Source of the DNA: Trichinella spiralis
Taxonomy: Eukaryota
NCBI RefSeq assembly: GCF_000181795.1
Contig: NW_003526943.1
Coordinates: 6,007,806-6,071,805 of the forward strand
Direction: 5' to 3'
Length of the DNA stretch: 64,000 bases
The notes under the pieces were generated by a model, which was not told the origin of the DNA, searched no databases, and worked only from the letters and a program-made list of their open reading frames with translations. A program made the position numbers and the translations under genes. Of the stretch, positions 1-17,829 are shown one piece after another; the stretch's first letter is position 1; each line of letters begins with the position of its first letter.

Positions 1-2448
1 AAATGCTTTTTTCAGACGCGATAATTAATTTTTCAATGCAACAATTAATAATTATAAATTTCTCATCAATTTAAAATAAACTTCAATATGTCATTGAATT
101 TAAAAAATTCAACTGATCAAACATGAATATAACGAATTTCTGAAATTTAAAGCATGCAACATACAGTTCATGCAATGCCTTGCTTTATAAAAACAGTTCC
201 AAATTCATAAAAATTTTTCCGTATTTTAATATTATTTCAATTTTATTATAGATTCAGCGTACAAGAAAAACATGAATGTCCACCAGAAATGTTTTGCAAA
301 ATTCTAAATGCATGCAATTTTAATTCTTATTTTATATTTGAAAAACAAAAATACGTAATATTCATTATAAAAGAGTAAAAATTGATTTTATATTTGCATA
401 ATATGCATATAACTGTTTATAAATGGAGTGACATCTTTGTAACTTTCACATCACTCTAATGTAATTAACATTTTTAATTTAAAAAAAATTATTCCAAAAA
501 ATTACACCTAACTGTTGCAAGAAAGTTTTACTTTAAAATAACAATTTGTTTATAAACATCTTTGCTGAAGCTTCAAATAATCTGATGCTACAGCAAAGTA
601 TTTCATTGAATCGAGCATTATTTTCATACATTTCCTTGAAAATTTTGTGTGGTACTTATAATTATCAAGATTAATTTTGAAAAATACTCTTTAAATCTTT
701 AACAGAAATACAATATCAAAATGCACATCAGCTATTTATGACAAATATCTTTTCATAAATATTTTTTGTATCATTCATATTGATAAATTTTTATTCTAAA
801 TAATTTCTAATCAACCCATATTTCCGTAACTTCTGAATATATAAAATTATGCGATATTTGCATACACATTATTCAGAAATGAGTGCAAAAAAGTCCAAGT
901 ATGTTTAGTTTAAGAAGTGATAATAACATAAAGTGCTTTATCAGCGCTAAATAAAATTTATTTCCATTTTTTAACACTATAATCAGCCGAAAGCATGCAT
1001 TTTTATTTATTCCAAAATTATTATCAATTCTGAGGAATCTTACTGATTGTGCATAAGCAAAAGTAAGTTAAAATAAGTAGTAAATAAATAAATAAACAAT
1101 AATCTGATAAAGTTATTAATGGATTTTCAGCATGTAAATGATAATAGTTTTATAAGTAGTAAAATTTCAACATCAAGTGTGCACCACTTAAACAAATGAA
1201 GCTAAAAAGTCGAAAATAATCAATAAAACGATCCTTAAATAACATGCACAATTTAGCTAAGTTAAAATAAGTGAGATATTGCTCTTTATTATGTAAATCA
1301 TAATAAGAGAAAAGAAAAGTTAATTTAGAGGTGGATTAAATATATCTACTCTATTATGTTTAAAATTCTGAAAACTTGTCAAAAATAGTGCGCATGTTCT
1401 TTTTCAATTTATTTATATTTGAAATGCACATCAGATGCTTTTCCAGCAAAATGCAGCCCTTCTTAAAATGCAAACAATAAAATATTTGTTATAATAAGTT
1501 TATCGCCTTTATGCTCCTAAAACAGAACTGGAGTCCTTTTTGGCAGGTGGCAACAGTTGGTCACTTTGCTGAATAATCTACTTGACCCATAACAAGCTCA
1601 AGATAATGCATTCTCAATAATGCTTAAGATAGTAATTACAAAGTGAATTAAGTGTCCATTCTGTATATCAGCCATACGGCCTAGATGGACGCATTAAGAA
1701 TAGCCAAGTTCGATTTCCCAAGTACTTTAATCATACAGTTAAACTGGACAACTGCTCAATCCTATCTGCCATCATAAATTTTATGAATATTCCAAGCCAG
1801 ATATTTGAAAACGGATTACTGTAATGAACAGTAACTAATTTTCAGAAACCTTATAACATGAAAATAAGTAAACAGTAATGTTTCATACCGTAGTCAGTAA
1901 AATAAATCTCTTTCAAAACAACACGCAGGCACATACCTTAATTATTAAATGTTTATATTAATGAAATTATATAATGTAAATGAATAAAAATAATATTTAA
2001 ATAAAAAATTTTCGCAGCCATTTAATAAAGCTTTAATAAAATATGGATATCTCTTGAAATAAAAAAACATTTTAATACTTTTATGTAGGTCCATGAAAAA
2101 TCTACCTTTTCAAATTAATTTAATTTAATGTTTCAGAAGATTACAAACGAGTTGTGGTCTATAACTGCTCAAAATCAAATAATAAGAGTATCTTTTCACG
2201 AAAAATATAAATAATTTGTAAAAATAATTTTCAGGTAGAATGCAACTAATAAAAATGTAAAAAATGTGCTAATATAATCTTACATACTTAAATATTTGAT
2301 AATATATAATCATGTACACTACTTTACATAATCAGTAAGTGCATAAAATTATAATTATCTGTAAAGGTAAGTATTATTTAAATAAATATTATTTTATGAC
2401 ATGCTTTTGATTAAACCTTTTATAAGAAATACATATATCGTAACACTA

Positions 2449-4680
<2,232 letters not shown>

Positions 4681-7600
4681 TTTGAAGCAGTTTTCTAAAA
4701 AATACATATTTATTACGTAAAAATTTGCTAGAATCTTCTGATACGAGCAGAATAGGTAAACATATGCAAGCAGTGCATTATGAGTTTTACAAGATGTGCA
4801 ACTTTATAATTTTACAACGTTTATCATTCAAAAAGGTTATTTTAATAACATTATATGATTACATCGTTGCATTGTGCTTGGCTTTTTTCCAGTTAGATTG
4901 GGCTATATAAGCTTTTCATGCCATAATAATTAATGCATAATCTGTAACGATGTTATCTTTAGAAAACTATTCAGATAACATTTCTAGATACTTTACAAAA
5001 GAATAAAGTGCTAAGAATATTTAAGTGAAATAAAATAAAAAAATTCATAAAATTCATAAATTCATAAAATAAAGAAAGTTAATTTTATAAAAGAATTTTT
5101 TGCAATTTTTGTATTATAAATATTAATCTACAAAATAAATTCATTACTAAAAAAACTGATGACAGATTTGTAAAAGTTGCAGACTGTATATAAAACCCTT
5201 CATAATAATTCCAGTATGAAGCAGGCATTACTAATGCATACAATCTATCATTATAAGTAAGCGCAACATGTTTAAAGCAGTAAACAAAACTAAATCGCAA
5301 GAAACTGAAAAGTGAAAATACTATTAAGCATTACAAAATAAAATATCATAAAATATCTTACAGTGCAGTACAAAAGAGAAATAAACTTGCATTGATGAAT
5401 GCTTTAGCTGTTATAAAAGCTTTCACAAAATCCAATACTGATAGTCTGCTGATGTGCTCTGAGAATTATCAAAGCCAAAACTGACTCACTATAATAAATA
5501 TTGGCTTATTGTTTAAAAGTAAACTTTGTGTAACCCAGTTTAAACTAATAGTGGAACTGTAAAATAAATTTTAGTGAAATGCAAGATTAATGTAATGTCA
5601 TTTTCAAAATTTTGATAGTTCATATTTATTGTTCAAATCAAGAGAATTTTAAAGTTTTAACATAGCAATTAAGTAAGAGATGCTTCTAAAAAACTTCAAG
5701 TTTTTAACTGCATTAATTGCAAATAGGCTTAGTGACTTTAATTGTAACAGAATTTTGCTATTATTTGTCATAATTAGTGCCATAATATACATGATAATTG
5801 TTTATCTTCAAAATTTTATTAAAAGTGCTTTGACTATCAAAGATACTTAAATCTGCTTTCTCAGAGCAAAATACTTTTCCTTATTTTATGTTTCAGAAGA
5901 ATTTTTTAATGTGTAAGTCATTTGTAGATGATTGACTACTAATTAGTGAAGCGTGTTACCAAAAGGCATCCAAAATTAAATGTTTAAAAATTTCATTATG
6001 ATCATAAAACACTTGTGGCAATTATTTAAAAGATTGCAACGATTAACAAGTAGATGTCTTATGAAGGAAATGCTAAGCCACCACAATGACATATCTTATG
6101 CGTATCACTAAGCTTTGTCATGAGTTCCTTTATTATTGCTTTTATATTAATCACTTTTAGTAGTTTTTAACATCCTACTGCTCACATTATGTAAATATAA
6201 TTTTTCAATGGAGGTAAGTAATAAATATCATTATCACTGTGCTAACAATAAAAAATAAAACAAAGTTTACTTAAAAGATATAGTTGTCGTTTCTTTGCTT
6301 CATTTTAATACGGAAATTATCTTTACTATTTGCATAATATAGCGGAAAAACACCCAATTTATGCAAAATTTTGTAAATATGTGCAAAACTGATTTCACAG
6401 TATGATATGAAAACAATATCTTTTATTACTGTTAGTGAAATGTAAAGAATTTTGTAAAATGAAGAATAAAGCATCAATGCGCAAAGAGTTAAAAATTTCC
6501 GCATGCATATAGATATGATAATAATTTATGGAAAATTGTTGTTCTAAAGCATAAATCCTATTTTAAAATACAGATAAGAATATGGCCTACATGATATGGA
6601 AACAAGTCCATACAAACAGATCAATCATTATCATGCGTTTTCCGCTTATACGACTCATAGCATAAGCAGTTGACCTGTACTGTTTTCACAATTTCAAATT
6701 ATCGCATTCACAGATCATTAATAAAATACATTTGTGCTGAACAAAACGAGTTTTTATTCTTTATTTTAGCTTAAAATTTACGCAGCTTAATGGAATAAAT
6801 GACTATCGCTTTCATTTGCTGCACTATTTATTTTTATATGCATTTCATAAATAGTCTTCATACAATATTTAAAAAAAACTTGTTACGTTTGATGCAGGAT
6901 GTGTGATTTCACTTTGAAAAGCAGTGCTTAAGCAGTTGTTTTTGTTTGTTTAATGTACAAAAAGCTTGAAATTCAGTTGAATTGAAAATTTCATGTATTG
7001 AAATTTTCAATTGTATGAAAAATATTCATTTTATAAATATACAGTATCAGGATGAATTTCTTAAGAAGCATCATAGATGCAGAAAAGTAGAAGCTGCAAA
7101 AGAGCTAAACTGGCTTGATGTGTTGTTATATATTTGTAAATAAATTTGAAACAGGAATTTGAATTGTGCTCTTATCTAGTTGAAATTATGCCTGAAAAGC
7201 AAGGTCGATGCATTTTATGTCTTAAATGAAAATGGCCATTAACCTGTTCATAAACTGTCACTTGGTTGATTCTTAAAATGGATTTTAAAAAAACTAACTG
7301 AACATGCTGCTAATAATTGATCTAAAAAATATTTAATTGTTTCATCGTTTTTTAATATTTGTAGGAAAAATTATTCATTGTCTTATCCGTGAAAACTGTG
7401 TGTATTTGTTTTGAGAAAAATTATACGGTGGCTAATGCATGGTTAAATTGCGCAAAAAATTAAAAATGAAGCTTGGCTAATAGCTTGATTTTTGTTGATC
7501 ATAATGCCAAGTGATAATAAATGAAAAATGACAATATTTTGCGGTTATTAGCAATTGTAAAAGTTACTTTATTTCTTAAGCTAATATTATTGTTGGAGAT

Positions 7601-10600
7601 GATTAGAAATTATTTGTAAAAGCTATTATTACCAATATTTTGTATAAAATTTTGTTGCACTTTTTCAAAAAATTGCTGCTTCTGTAGTTTATTGTTCAGC
7701 AGTTTTAAATAAATCTTGCTTTTAATAATACGAAAGCATTATGAACTTTATTTGTATTTCGTTCATGTAAGACTGATTGATTTTCATAGCAAATGTTATT
7801 GTTTTTCTGTAGTGCTGAAACTGGGTTCAACACTTTGGTACTGATAAAAATTGGTGCTTGCAGGGCTAAGGTAAAAGGCCATAACCCTAAATCACACTGT
7901 GCAAAACAATCATTTTGTATTCTTTAAAAATTTGCATTTTGTCATTTTACTAATCGTGGTAATTTATTTAATCATCTATAAAAATATTTACTTTATGCTG
8001 TAAGTTCAAAACGAATTTTCAAATATTTTACCAAATTTTATAAATCATTCTGCTATAATAATGCAGCAATCTGCTGTATTTGAGAATAATTGTATGGAAT
8101 TTATTTATTTAAAATGGCAATTTATTTTATTAGAAATAGAACGTTCTCTCAATGTTGTTTTTTATAATTGGTAAGAATTGGCTACCCTCATTATTATACG
8201 TCAGCAGCATTTTCAACTCACTTCATTTTAATTAATAGGCACTTTGAGAAACGGCATGCTTTTATGTTTATAATGCTAATATAAAGTGAAATAATTATTT
8301 ATCTTTCTGTTTGTTATCAATGCTTAGTTCTATTTCCTGAATTCACTGGATTGGTCTTCGTTGGTCTACACTCAGTTAGATTATTGTAAACAATATTCAC
8401 CACTTAAATATTCTAAAAACAAATAATTCATCATAAATGACATTCCATAATCAATTATAAAACAATAAAAATGGTATATCAACCCATATTGTAACAGAAT
8501 ATAAATTACAATTTTGATTTTAGTTCGACTTTAATAGCCCATTTCTGCAGAGGTTAAACATTCATTGCTGATAAGAACGAAGCAAATCATAAAAATTATT
8601 ACCTTTTTTTCTTTAAACAGCAAAACATTTAAACTATAATTTCAATGTATAATTGAAAATTATATTTTAATATAACTGAATGAATGATAATGAGTTTATT
8701 GAATATTGTTAAAATTTTACAATTTTTAAGATTAATACATTCAGTTCAGAGAAAAATAAGCATAAATTAATTGCAATAATTTCGATCAGTTAAGTATAAA
8801 AATATGTAAAAAGATTTGAAATATTACTTTTGCTTTCGTGTAGACAAATTTGCATGTTATTACATTACTTTACTCATCACTTTTTGTTGTTAATCATAAA
8901 TTCAAAAATTCAAAATCTCGTTCATTTAAAGTGATTTTTAAATAAAGTAAACACTTCAAGTAAATGAATGGCGTTTTAAATTTGAAGAAACAAGTAGCAT
9001 GATTTATTTTTATAAAATATGATTTTTAGTCAATTTCGCATTTTACTTTTTTGATTTGTTTTGTTTTGCTTTGCTTTGTTTTGCTCTATTTGTTTTTTTA
9101 ATATGAAAGTGTTTCATATTTCCTTATACAATATTTTTAATTTTGACATGTTTTGCATACGTCACGTATGGTTAGATAACTTTTATTTGCACATCTACTT
9201 GTTCATGTCGAAATACATTTAATAACATAAACATATGTATATACATTTATATTTAAGATGTGTAATGTGATTTTTGTAGTGCCAAATATAATTTAACAAT
9301 TGTGATAAATGTGAAATGCTATGCAATTAGTTTTAGAATAGTTGAACAAAGCTTGAGAAACGCTGTAGCATTCAGATATGATGAATGCATTTATTAATTA
9401 ATCCCATTGTTATGAGTGAAGTGGAAATACGAAGACGTTTTGCATTTGTAAATAACATAGCTACATATATGCATTTACAGCATTTCAATGTAATACTATA
9501 TAAATAATAATTGCTCAATAATTAATATTATTTGCTTATTTTGTTTGTGCAACTGACATATTTGTGCAGAATACAAGTTTCTTCTTATGATTTTGAATTT
9601 AAATAAGCTCGACTTGTTCTGTACAGTTTGAATATGCTTCAAATGCTTTTGTTCTGTTTTTTTTATTTTGAACATTTTCTTAGTATCCAGTTAGAATAGC
9701 ATCAGAACATTTATGTCATTTACTTTGTCAAGTTTTGTTTTAATGTGCAGTTTTTGATCTTAAAAAGCAAAAGAAATTACCCCCGAAGATACAATAATTA
9801 TCCAGAAATGCGTGGTTGTTGTTTTATTACAATTAGATGACAATTAGGAATGGAATGCTATTAAAATTTACAATTTGTTTATTACTTCCCTACACTGCGG
9901 GCATTTCAATCACATCTTTTACAAATGTATATTACCGGTTGAAGCGGTGGTGTATGTATATAGTTGTCAAATGGCGTCATCAGTTTCAAGTTTTCCATTC
10001 ATCATAATCTTAAGTAACAAGAAAATGCTGCCAGAAATATTGGCTATTATCATCTAGTAATCGTGTATTGTTTAAAATAAATATAGGTTTGTTGAAAACA
10101 TTGTTTGAAAAAGTTAGCAAAGTTATAAGCTTTTTATCTGTTGTATGTATACGGTTGGCTCGGAAATGATATATCAAAAAATTGAGCATTTTTAAGCAAT
10201 TGCTCAAAAATTACTTTCTTATAAATCAGCTTGCTTGTAGTTTTAATTTTCTACATAAATTTATCAAGAAAGAAACAAGCCTTGCTCTAAGAAGAAGTGT
10301 ATTGTTTTGAATGCTTAAAATCGTTGCAACTTCAACAACTCAACATTAAGATTAAGGAGAAGAGAAAAACAATTTTATTATTTTATGATATATTTTCAGC
10401 ACATGAAAAATGACAATAATGTTGATGGATATTGTTGTTTAAATGATTAAAATTGTACAGAGGTGCGAGTTATGATGATAATTTAACACTGCTTCCCGCT
10501 AATTTATGATGGGACTGAACAATTTCACATGTCAAGCATTTGACAGTCTTCTTCACTTCCAGCAATATTTCTGTCGTACTATCCTATTTCAGGTGCTGAT

Positions 10601-13600
10601 TTTACGGCAGCGTGAAAATACAACTAGCTTTGCTGACGTCATTCTAAATCTGCGTAATTCCTGTTTGTTGAGAATCGAAAAAGCGCCGAATCAGAATTAT
10701 TTAAACTCATTTGCTGCTTCAGTTTAGCTGAAGCTCGTTGAGTCAAACGACCATTCCCATTCACTCAGAGGTAATTTAATATTTCCGTTTCCCGTTTCTA
10801 TTCATATAATATGCAAGCATATTTTTAAAATTATCCTTAACCTTTTTTTTTGAAATTATCAGTTAGACATATTTGTGAGAGGTAGATTATTTTTAATTTT
10901 TCAATATAACATTTTTTCACACTTCAAATAGACAATAGTGACTTGTTATCAGAAGAACAAAAATAACTATATATCTATCAATGTTCAGTGTCAACATGAT
11001 TCGCTTCTTTACTCTGAGAAAAGCAAATTGTTTTGACGATACTGTACAGATGATAAACAAATGTCATCATGAAATGCCATCAAAATGCTTTCTATTTATA
11101 ACTTCATTGAAATATCACTTTAAATGGAAAATAATATCCACAAATGCAACAATAATCATAATCAGATTTTTATTTTTGATTCTTTGCAGCTTCTTTTTTA
11201 TAATTGTACTTTTTTGCTTTTTTTGCTGAATGATTGAATATGCTCTTGAAATGTCAAAATTAAGCTTATTGCTTGTTGCGTTGCGAAGATTTGAAATAAA
11301 TTTATTTCTGTCGATCACATTATGCATTATCTGTCACGCATTATGACAAAATGCAAAGCCAAAAGAATGATTAAGTTTAGAGATTTCATGATATTCCGAA
11401 TTTAGTAATTATGCCAAGTATTTTTTTTATCTTTCTCTGGAATTTATACTTCAACTGAAATAACATATCATTGCAATGAGTTGTATTTTTTATTAAATTT
11501 CTTTTGTGAGATTATTATTCATTATTGTAAACATTTGTATAATGAGTTGATGCATTTATTACCCACCTTTTATACCTATCACAGATTAAACAGATTACCA
11601 ATAAGAGCAGCAGCTCATTTTTAATTTTGCATGCTGAATAACTATTTTCTTTCATAATGCATGCAGTGATAAAAATCAAATATTTTTACTCCACGATTAA
11701 CAAGTTGAAATGAATGGAAATCAATTTTCCATGAATTCAATTTCACACGGCAATATTTTTAGATCATTTACGCAAACTTAAGCTGGTCATGCAGCCAGAG
11801 TTACAATTTCAAAGAAATTTCTTTGCTTTTCGTGTCACGCTGCGTCAAAAAAATTTTGTTTTTACATATTTTCAATTAAATATTTTGATTATTGAATGTT
11901 TAATATTAAAATGCACTCAGCACATTATTTTATCAATGCAAATAATCGAAAGGTCAGGTGAAATTGATTATGTCATTTTATTTATTGTTGTCAGTTGGAA
12001 CTACTGTCAGCGATAACACATAATTGCCCTTGCTTGTAAATCAGCAAATCATTCTCATTTGTCCTCATTAATATATATATTTCTATTTCAAACAATCCAA
12101 CGCACTTCTCACCTTGCAGTGCTGCATTCATAAACTGCTGCTTTGTTGTTTCAAAGCTGAACATTTTAGGTAAGCTTTTATACTTTTAATTTTGAATGTT
12201 TAAACTTTTTAAAACAGTTTAAACTTAAGTATAGTATTTGAATTAACTGAAAGCTATCGAGATAACTTTCCCAAATCTGGACTGGCATTGCCTCATTTTC
12301 TTCACTCCATTTGTCCGTTGCCCATTTATTGGTTTGTAACATTTTTTATAGCTTTTTTCTTTCAAATCACATGATCTGATGCTATTGAACTGCAGTGCTT
12401 AAACTAGATACACCAGCGCTCTTTTTTATGTAATTTAATGTATGCATTGTATTTTATGTAGCACTGAACTTTTGTTTTTAAAAAATTTAAAATGAACTTT
12501 CAGATAAACAGAAAACAGTGAAGCAACGAAAAAGTAAGGCGACATAGTAATGTTTAATCTCCCGCATAGCTAATTGAACAAATCATGTTTAATAATGTTA
12601 ACAATACTCGATAATGATAATGGATATAAGGAATCTTCACAGGCATGTATAGATATAATTGAGATTGCATATCATTTTCAATTGACGATTTAGGCATGGA
12701 AAAATCCTTCAAAAATTATTTTTTGAATAGGATTAATGCTTGTATTTAGCAATATTAAAAGCCTAGTTGAGGGAATAGCATTTTGGCAGGTTAGACTACA
12801 TTACTTAACTGCTTAAAGTTGCATTTGTGGAAATTTTTCACTATTTAGATCTACCTACACGTGTTTCTTTTTTTATTAATTCTTCTTCAGTTTTATTGCT
12901 TTGAAAATAGAACGTAGCTTCGTAACGCATTTCTTTAATATGAAACTTTTTTTTGTTTAAAGCAACGATAAAGTGACGTCTGCAAGTTTTTATACATTAC
13001 AAAATTTTGACTTTTTAACATTTTAAAAATGCAAATACCAAAAAAATTATATTGCAGTAGTAGTAGGCGATGTCGCCGTCATAGTTGTAATTGAATTGTT
13101 TTTATTTTTACCAGTTTTAAAATTTCTATACATTTATTGTAATTTACAAGTGGAATGATTTAAAAGCAATCATTTTATAATGTGTTAAATTATTCCATAT
13201 CTGCTATTATCTTAGCATACAATTTAGGCTGAACAGTTATATTTTTTCAGATAGCTATATTAATATGAACAATAGCAATAATTCATTTATTGAAAAGCTA
13301 TCATTCGTTAATCAATGGGTGTTTTGCATCATTGCGAATCAGAATGGAAAAAGTAATAAATAAAAAAGCGACAGTATTTTCTAGTTGAATTGTATCATTT
13401 TACAACAGCGGAATAGTAGTTTTTATGCATTGTTGTTTCAAATAAAGCACATTTAACATGAAAGTGTAAAAATGCTTGTCAAGTCGTTCGTCTGCGTAAA
13501 GTGTGCTGAATGCTTCTTAATATTTTTGCTTATAATTATTGCTTAATGTTTTGGTAAATTTTATTCTTTATTTGAAATGTTCTCTGCAAAAATGCAAAAT

Positions 13601-13988
13601 TTGCTGGCAATGAAAAACGGCAAAGCCTTTTTTAATTTTTGATTGAATAGCATGCTGATCAAAGATTTAAATTTCGGTTATGTGGTGTGTGTGCATATGT
13701 GTTAACTTAGCCATTCGAAAGGGATGGATATTGTTTTGTTGTAGAAATAATTCAATTAGTGCAAGCAGTAAAATTTGAAATGATGAACCTATTTCACAGC
13801 TTTATAACCGCATGGCGTAACTAAATGATCACTGCGTGTCACATTCAATTTCGGTCAGTTTCAATCATTTTTTCTTTCAGTGTTACCGAAACTTTTTTGC
13901 TTGTACCAACCAGTCGATTGTTGGTCAATTATTTGCTGAAATAAGCCGCTTGTTGTATTGCAGTTTTCATCGTTAATAGAGCCAAGCA

Positions 13989-16900
13989 ATGGTGTTGCAC
14001 CAAGAACAAAAATACAATACGAACGTCTCTTCATTCAAACAACGCAAATTCAGGTAAAGCATTCATGACAATTATTCCATTATCAAATTCCAATGGATAA
14101 CAATCATTATAATAAATTTTTTTAATTACGTTAAATCACTAAAATTTAAATTATCTATTTAATGAAAAAAAATTAATTTAGTATCAAATTACTGTTAGGT
14201 ACTATTTTATTTTTACCGATCTAAGTATGATTTTATCTAAGTATGGTAAAAATTTTCAAATAATAAGTGACCAAGAGATGATGCAATTTTGATTTTACAA
14301 TTCTGTGAGAAGAAAACTTCAAATTGTTCATCACATAAAAAATATAAGAAAAGACAAAATTTCTATTTCGAAATTACTCAATCAATATATGAATCAGATG
14401 AATGATTTATTATGGGAAATTATGTTAGCTTTGCTTAAATTTATTTTCAAATTAAATTTAAACAGCACAGTTTTCATGTATGCAGTATGAATGTAAAATT
14501 ATTGTAATTATTTTTTAAAACTGGAAATGACATTTAATAGGAACTGTTTTATTATTTAAGATGCGATTGTTTTTCAAGTTTTAAATTTCATCACTGATCA
14601 ATTACTGATATGGGAATTTAACTTTGCAGTTTATTCAGGCAGATTATTTTGTTCATTGTCATAGAACATGAATGATGACCAGGAAATGGGAATAAATTTA
14701 ACTTTTCTGCGCGGACTGCAAAAACTGGATACATAAATTATTAAAATAAAATATCGTTGTTCTGTTTTTGCATTTAATTTTTCATCTTGACAAAGAATTC
14801 AATAAACCTCCAACTTCCGTTTGAACTTTCATTTTAATAGGAAGCTTGAAGCTTGAACCGGACAAGATACCCAGACATTGTTGTAATTCGGTTTTATTTT
14901 CTATTTCAATAATTTATTGAAAAATTACCTTATTTGATGTACTAATTATAAATTTTAATTGTTAAAAGTGATCTAAATATAAAAAGTTCCAAAAATTCAA
15001 ATTAAACTTCTACACCGAATTTCCCAATGTTTAAAAATGTTATGGTCTTTTTCAGAGCTAAGCAAATTATTTTCCTCTTCATTTGTGCGGCTGTAATTAT
15101 AGCACTGGTAATAGCTCTTATTGTGATCCTGTTGAATAAAGAAGTCGTCGAAGTATGTAGACCTTTACTTTATTTTATTTTTCTTTTGGTAAATTCAATT
15201 TAAAAAAGTAAAAGCGTTATTAATCAACTATCTGCATGCTTATTCATACAGCTTTGTTAACAATTCTTCGAATTAAATATTCAATAAATCATACACTGCT
15301 TTGCAATTTTGAAACAGTGAACTGACTGATTTATATTTTTTAAATATATAATAATAAACAATTCATAACTCTTTTTCTAGTTCATAGTTTACTTACTGAA
15401 TGATAAAGTTTTGATTATTTCATTTTCGAAGCAATTAATTATTCGTTAGTGGCATTTCCTTGTTATTTAAAATTTATTATTTTAATTTTTTTAAATGAAA
15501 ATTAAAATTATTGTATCGAATCAGACGTAAAATACTTTATGAAAATTCAATTTTAATTATTATTCCTGAAAATTGAAATTATAATTTTTTTTGGTAAATT
15601 GGTTTATTCAATTCTATTCTACTTCATTCAAATATGGCGTAACTTTGCTTGTAGGAAATTAAAACAGAACATAGATGGCCCAGTCCATCAAATTCGTTGC
15701 TTTTGGAATTTCAAAAGGGTGCTGTTGCAGCTGATAATGGAATTTGTTCAGAAATTGGACGTGATGTATTAATAAAAGGAGGAAATGCCATCGATGCAGC
15801 CATAGCCACAACAATATGCATTGGAGTTTTCGATGCGCACAGCAGTGGTATAGGTGGAGGCCATTTCTCTACAATATATATAAAGTAAATACTTTTTTCT
15901 TTTGTGTTTCTGTTTGTGAACTTAAAAAATAATATAAAATTTTAATAACAATAATAATAATGATAATTACAGAAAGGACCGTCGATGCTTTACTGTAAAC
16001 GCCAGACAAACTGCACCGGAAGCAGCTAATGAAAGCATGTTCGTCGGTGATGCAGAAGGTTCTCTTTTCGGTAAGCAATTTTAAATTGTAATTTTCGAAT
16101 TAAATACAAATATCCATTTCAGGAAGTCGTTCAATAGCAGTCCCTGGTGAAGTGTACGGTTTGTGGTTGCAGTACAAGCAGTTCGGTGGAAAACTGCCTT
16201 GGCGTGATTTACTCATGCCTACAGCAAATATATGTCGTTACGGAATTTTAATATCTGATGCACTAGCGGTGAAATTGCAAGAAAATGAAAATTATATACT
16301 TTCGCCAGATTCACATCTCAAGTAAAGCTTTCTTGCTTTGATCTATATCTTTAATTCTGGAATTACCTTCAATTCAATGTTAATTATTTCAGAATCTTCA
16401 TCAATCCTGAAACCAATGGAGCTTATAAAGCTGGTGAAGTAATGCGTCGACCCGAGCTCGCAGATGCACTGGAACAGTTAGCCAATGCTGCTGATCCTGT
16501 TCAACTGTTCTACAATGGTACAATGGCGAAAGATATGGTAGAAGAGTTCAAACAGATGGGTAATAGATTTATTGAAATTATGTTGAAATTTGCTCTGCAA
16601 ATGATTTTTTCTTTCAATTAAGGCGGTATCATCACCGAAGAAGATATGCGCAATTATAGAGCAAAACTTTCACAACCTTTGCAAATTTCAATAGGAGAAA
16701 ACCTAATCGCCTGTGGACCACCTCCACCATCATCCGCTGTCATTCCAATGGCTATAATGAACATCATGGATGGTAAATTTGATAAGATTTGAAAAAAATA
16801 AGAGAGAAAAAACGGATAATTGTAAAGCTAGATCAAATAGAATGTTTATTCCACAGGTTTCAATGTATCGCCAAGAGATGCAGAATCAAGCGAGTCTGAA

Positions 16901-17829
16901 GCACTGGTGTTGCATCGATTTCTGGAAGCGATGAAGTTCTCCTACGCTGCTCATTCTCAATTTGGTGATGCCGACTTTGTACCCGAAGTGCTCAGTTTGG
17001 CTAAAAGAATTTTGACGAAACAGTACGCACAAGATGTACGCAAAAAAATCACCAATCGCAGCCACGAGAGTTCATATTATGGAGAGTTGTACACTTCACG
17101 ACCAAATCACGGAACTGCTCACATAAGCGTTCTCGACGCTGAAGGCAACGCAGTTTCACTGACAACAACTATAAATACATAGTAGGAATTGAATATCAAA
17201 ATCAATATACGAATAGTTTTTTTTAATATTGATCATTTTTATTCTGTTCGACAGTTTTGGAAGCAAAGTACGCTCGACAAAGTACGACATAATTTGGAAC
17301 AACGATATGGACGACTTTTCAACGCCGGGTCTTACAAATTTTTTTGAATATCCACCTTTGCCAAACAACTTTATCAAAGCAGGCAAAAGGCCCCTGTCAT
17401 CAATGTCACCGTTGATATTTTATGACCAAACCAACGGCAATGTGAAACTGGTGGTCGGTGCTGCCGGCGGTTCTAGAATTATCTCAACAACCGCTTGGGT
17501 AGCGTTCAGAAGTATATTCCTGAACGAGACAATAAAAGAAGCAGTTGATCGACCACGTCTGCACCATCAACTTTCACCAAACAGAGCCTATTATGAAACT
17601 TTATTCCCACAAGTACTCACTATTCTTCTCGTTCTTATAATTTCGTTTGTTTCATTGCAAACAATTATTGCTTGTTTAGGGTTTTGTAGATGACTTGAAA
17701 AATTACGGTCAGAATATGGTACCGACTGAACCGGCCACTGCAGCCACTGGTATACTCGTTTCTGACAACGGCGTCATCTCCGCCAACAGTGACTGGCGCA
17801 AAGGTGGAGGATATCCAGCTGGATATTAA
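13989..17829 (+). CDS. GGT1: Gamma-glutamyl transpeptidase (type II membrane protein), multi-exon
   Basis: ATG 13989; exon 15056-15152 encodes a hydrophobic anchor (IIFLFICAAVIIALVIALIVILL); GAVAADNGICSEIGR...GGNAIDAAIA...SGIGGG; Thr nucleophile in HGTAHISVLD; NNDMDDFS, PLSSMSP, GAAGGSRI, RLHHQL; C-terminus SDWRKGGGYPAGY* with stop at 17827-17829. Confidence 0.93.

Noticed and set aside
9891..9954. Possible pre-miRNA-like hairpin
   Set aside because: Pairing is interrupted and G-U rich, and no known mature miRNA was recognised; cannot be supported without folding or small-RNA data.
10834..10862. TCCTTAAC, a U12-type branch point consensus, followed by an AG
   Set aside because: No matching RTATCCTT donor found upstream; the nearest donor is U2-type.
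4725..14490. Many 60-80 aa ORFs in AT-rich sequence
   Set aside because: F/I/L/K/N-rich composition typical of random AT-rich frames; no motifs.
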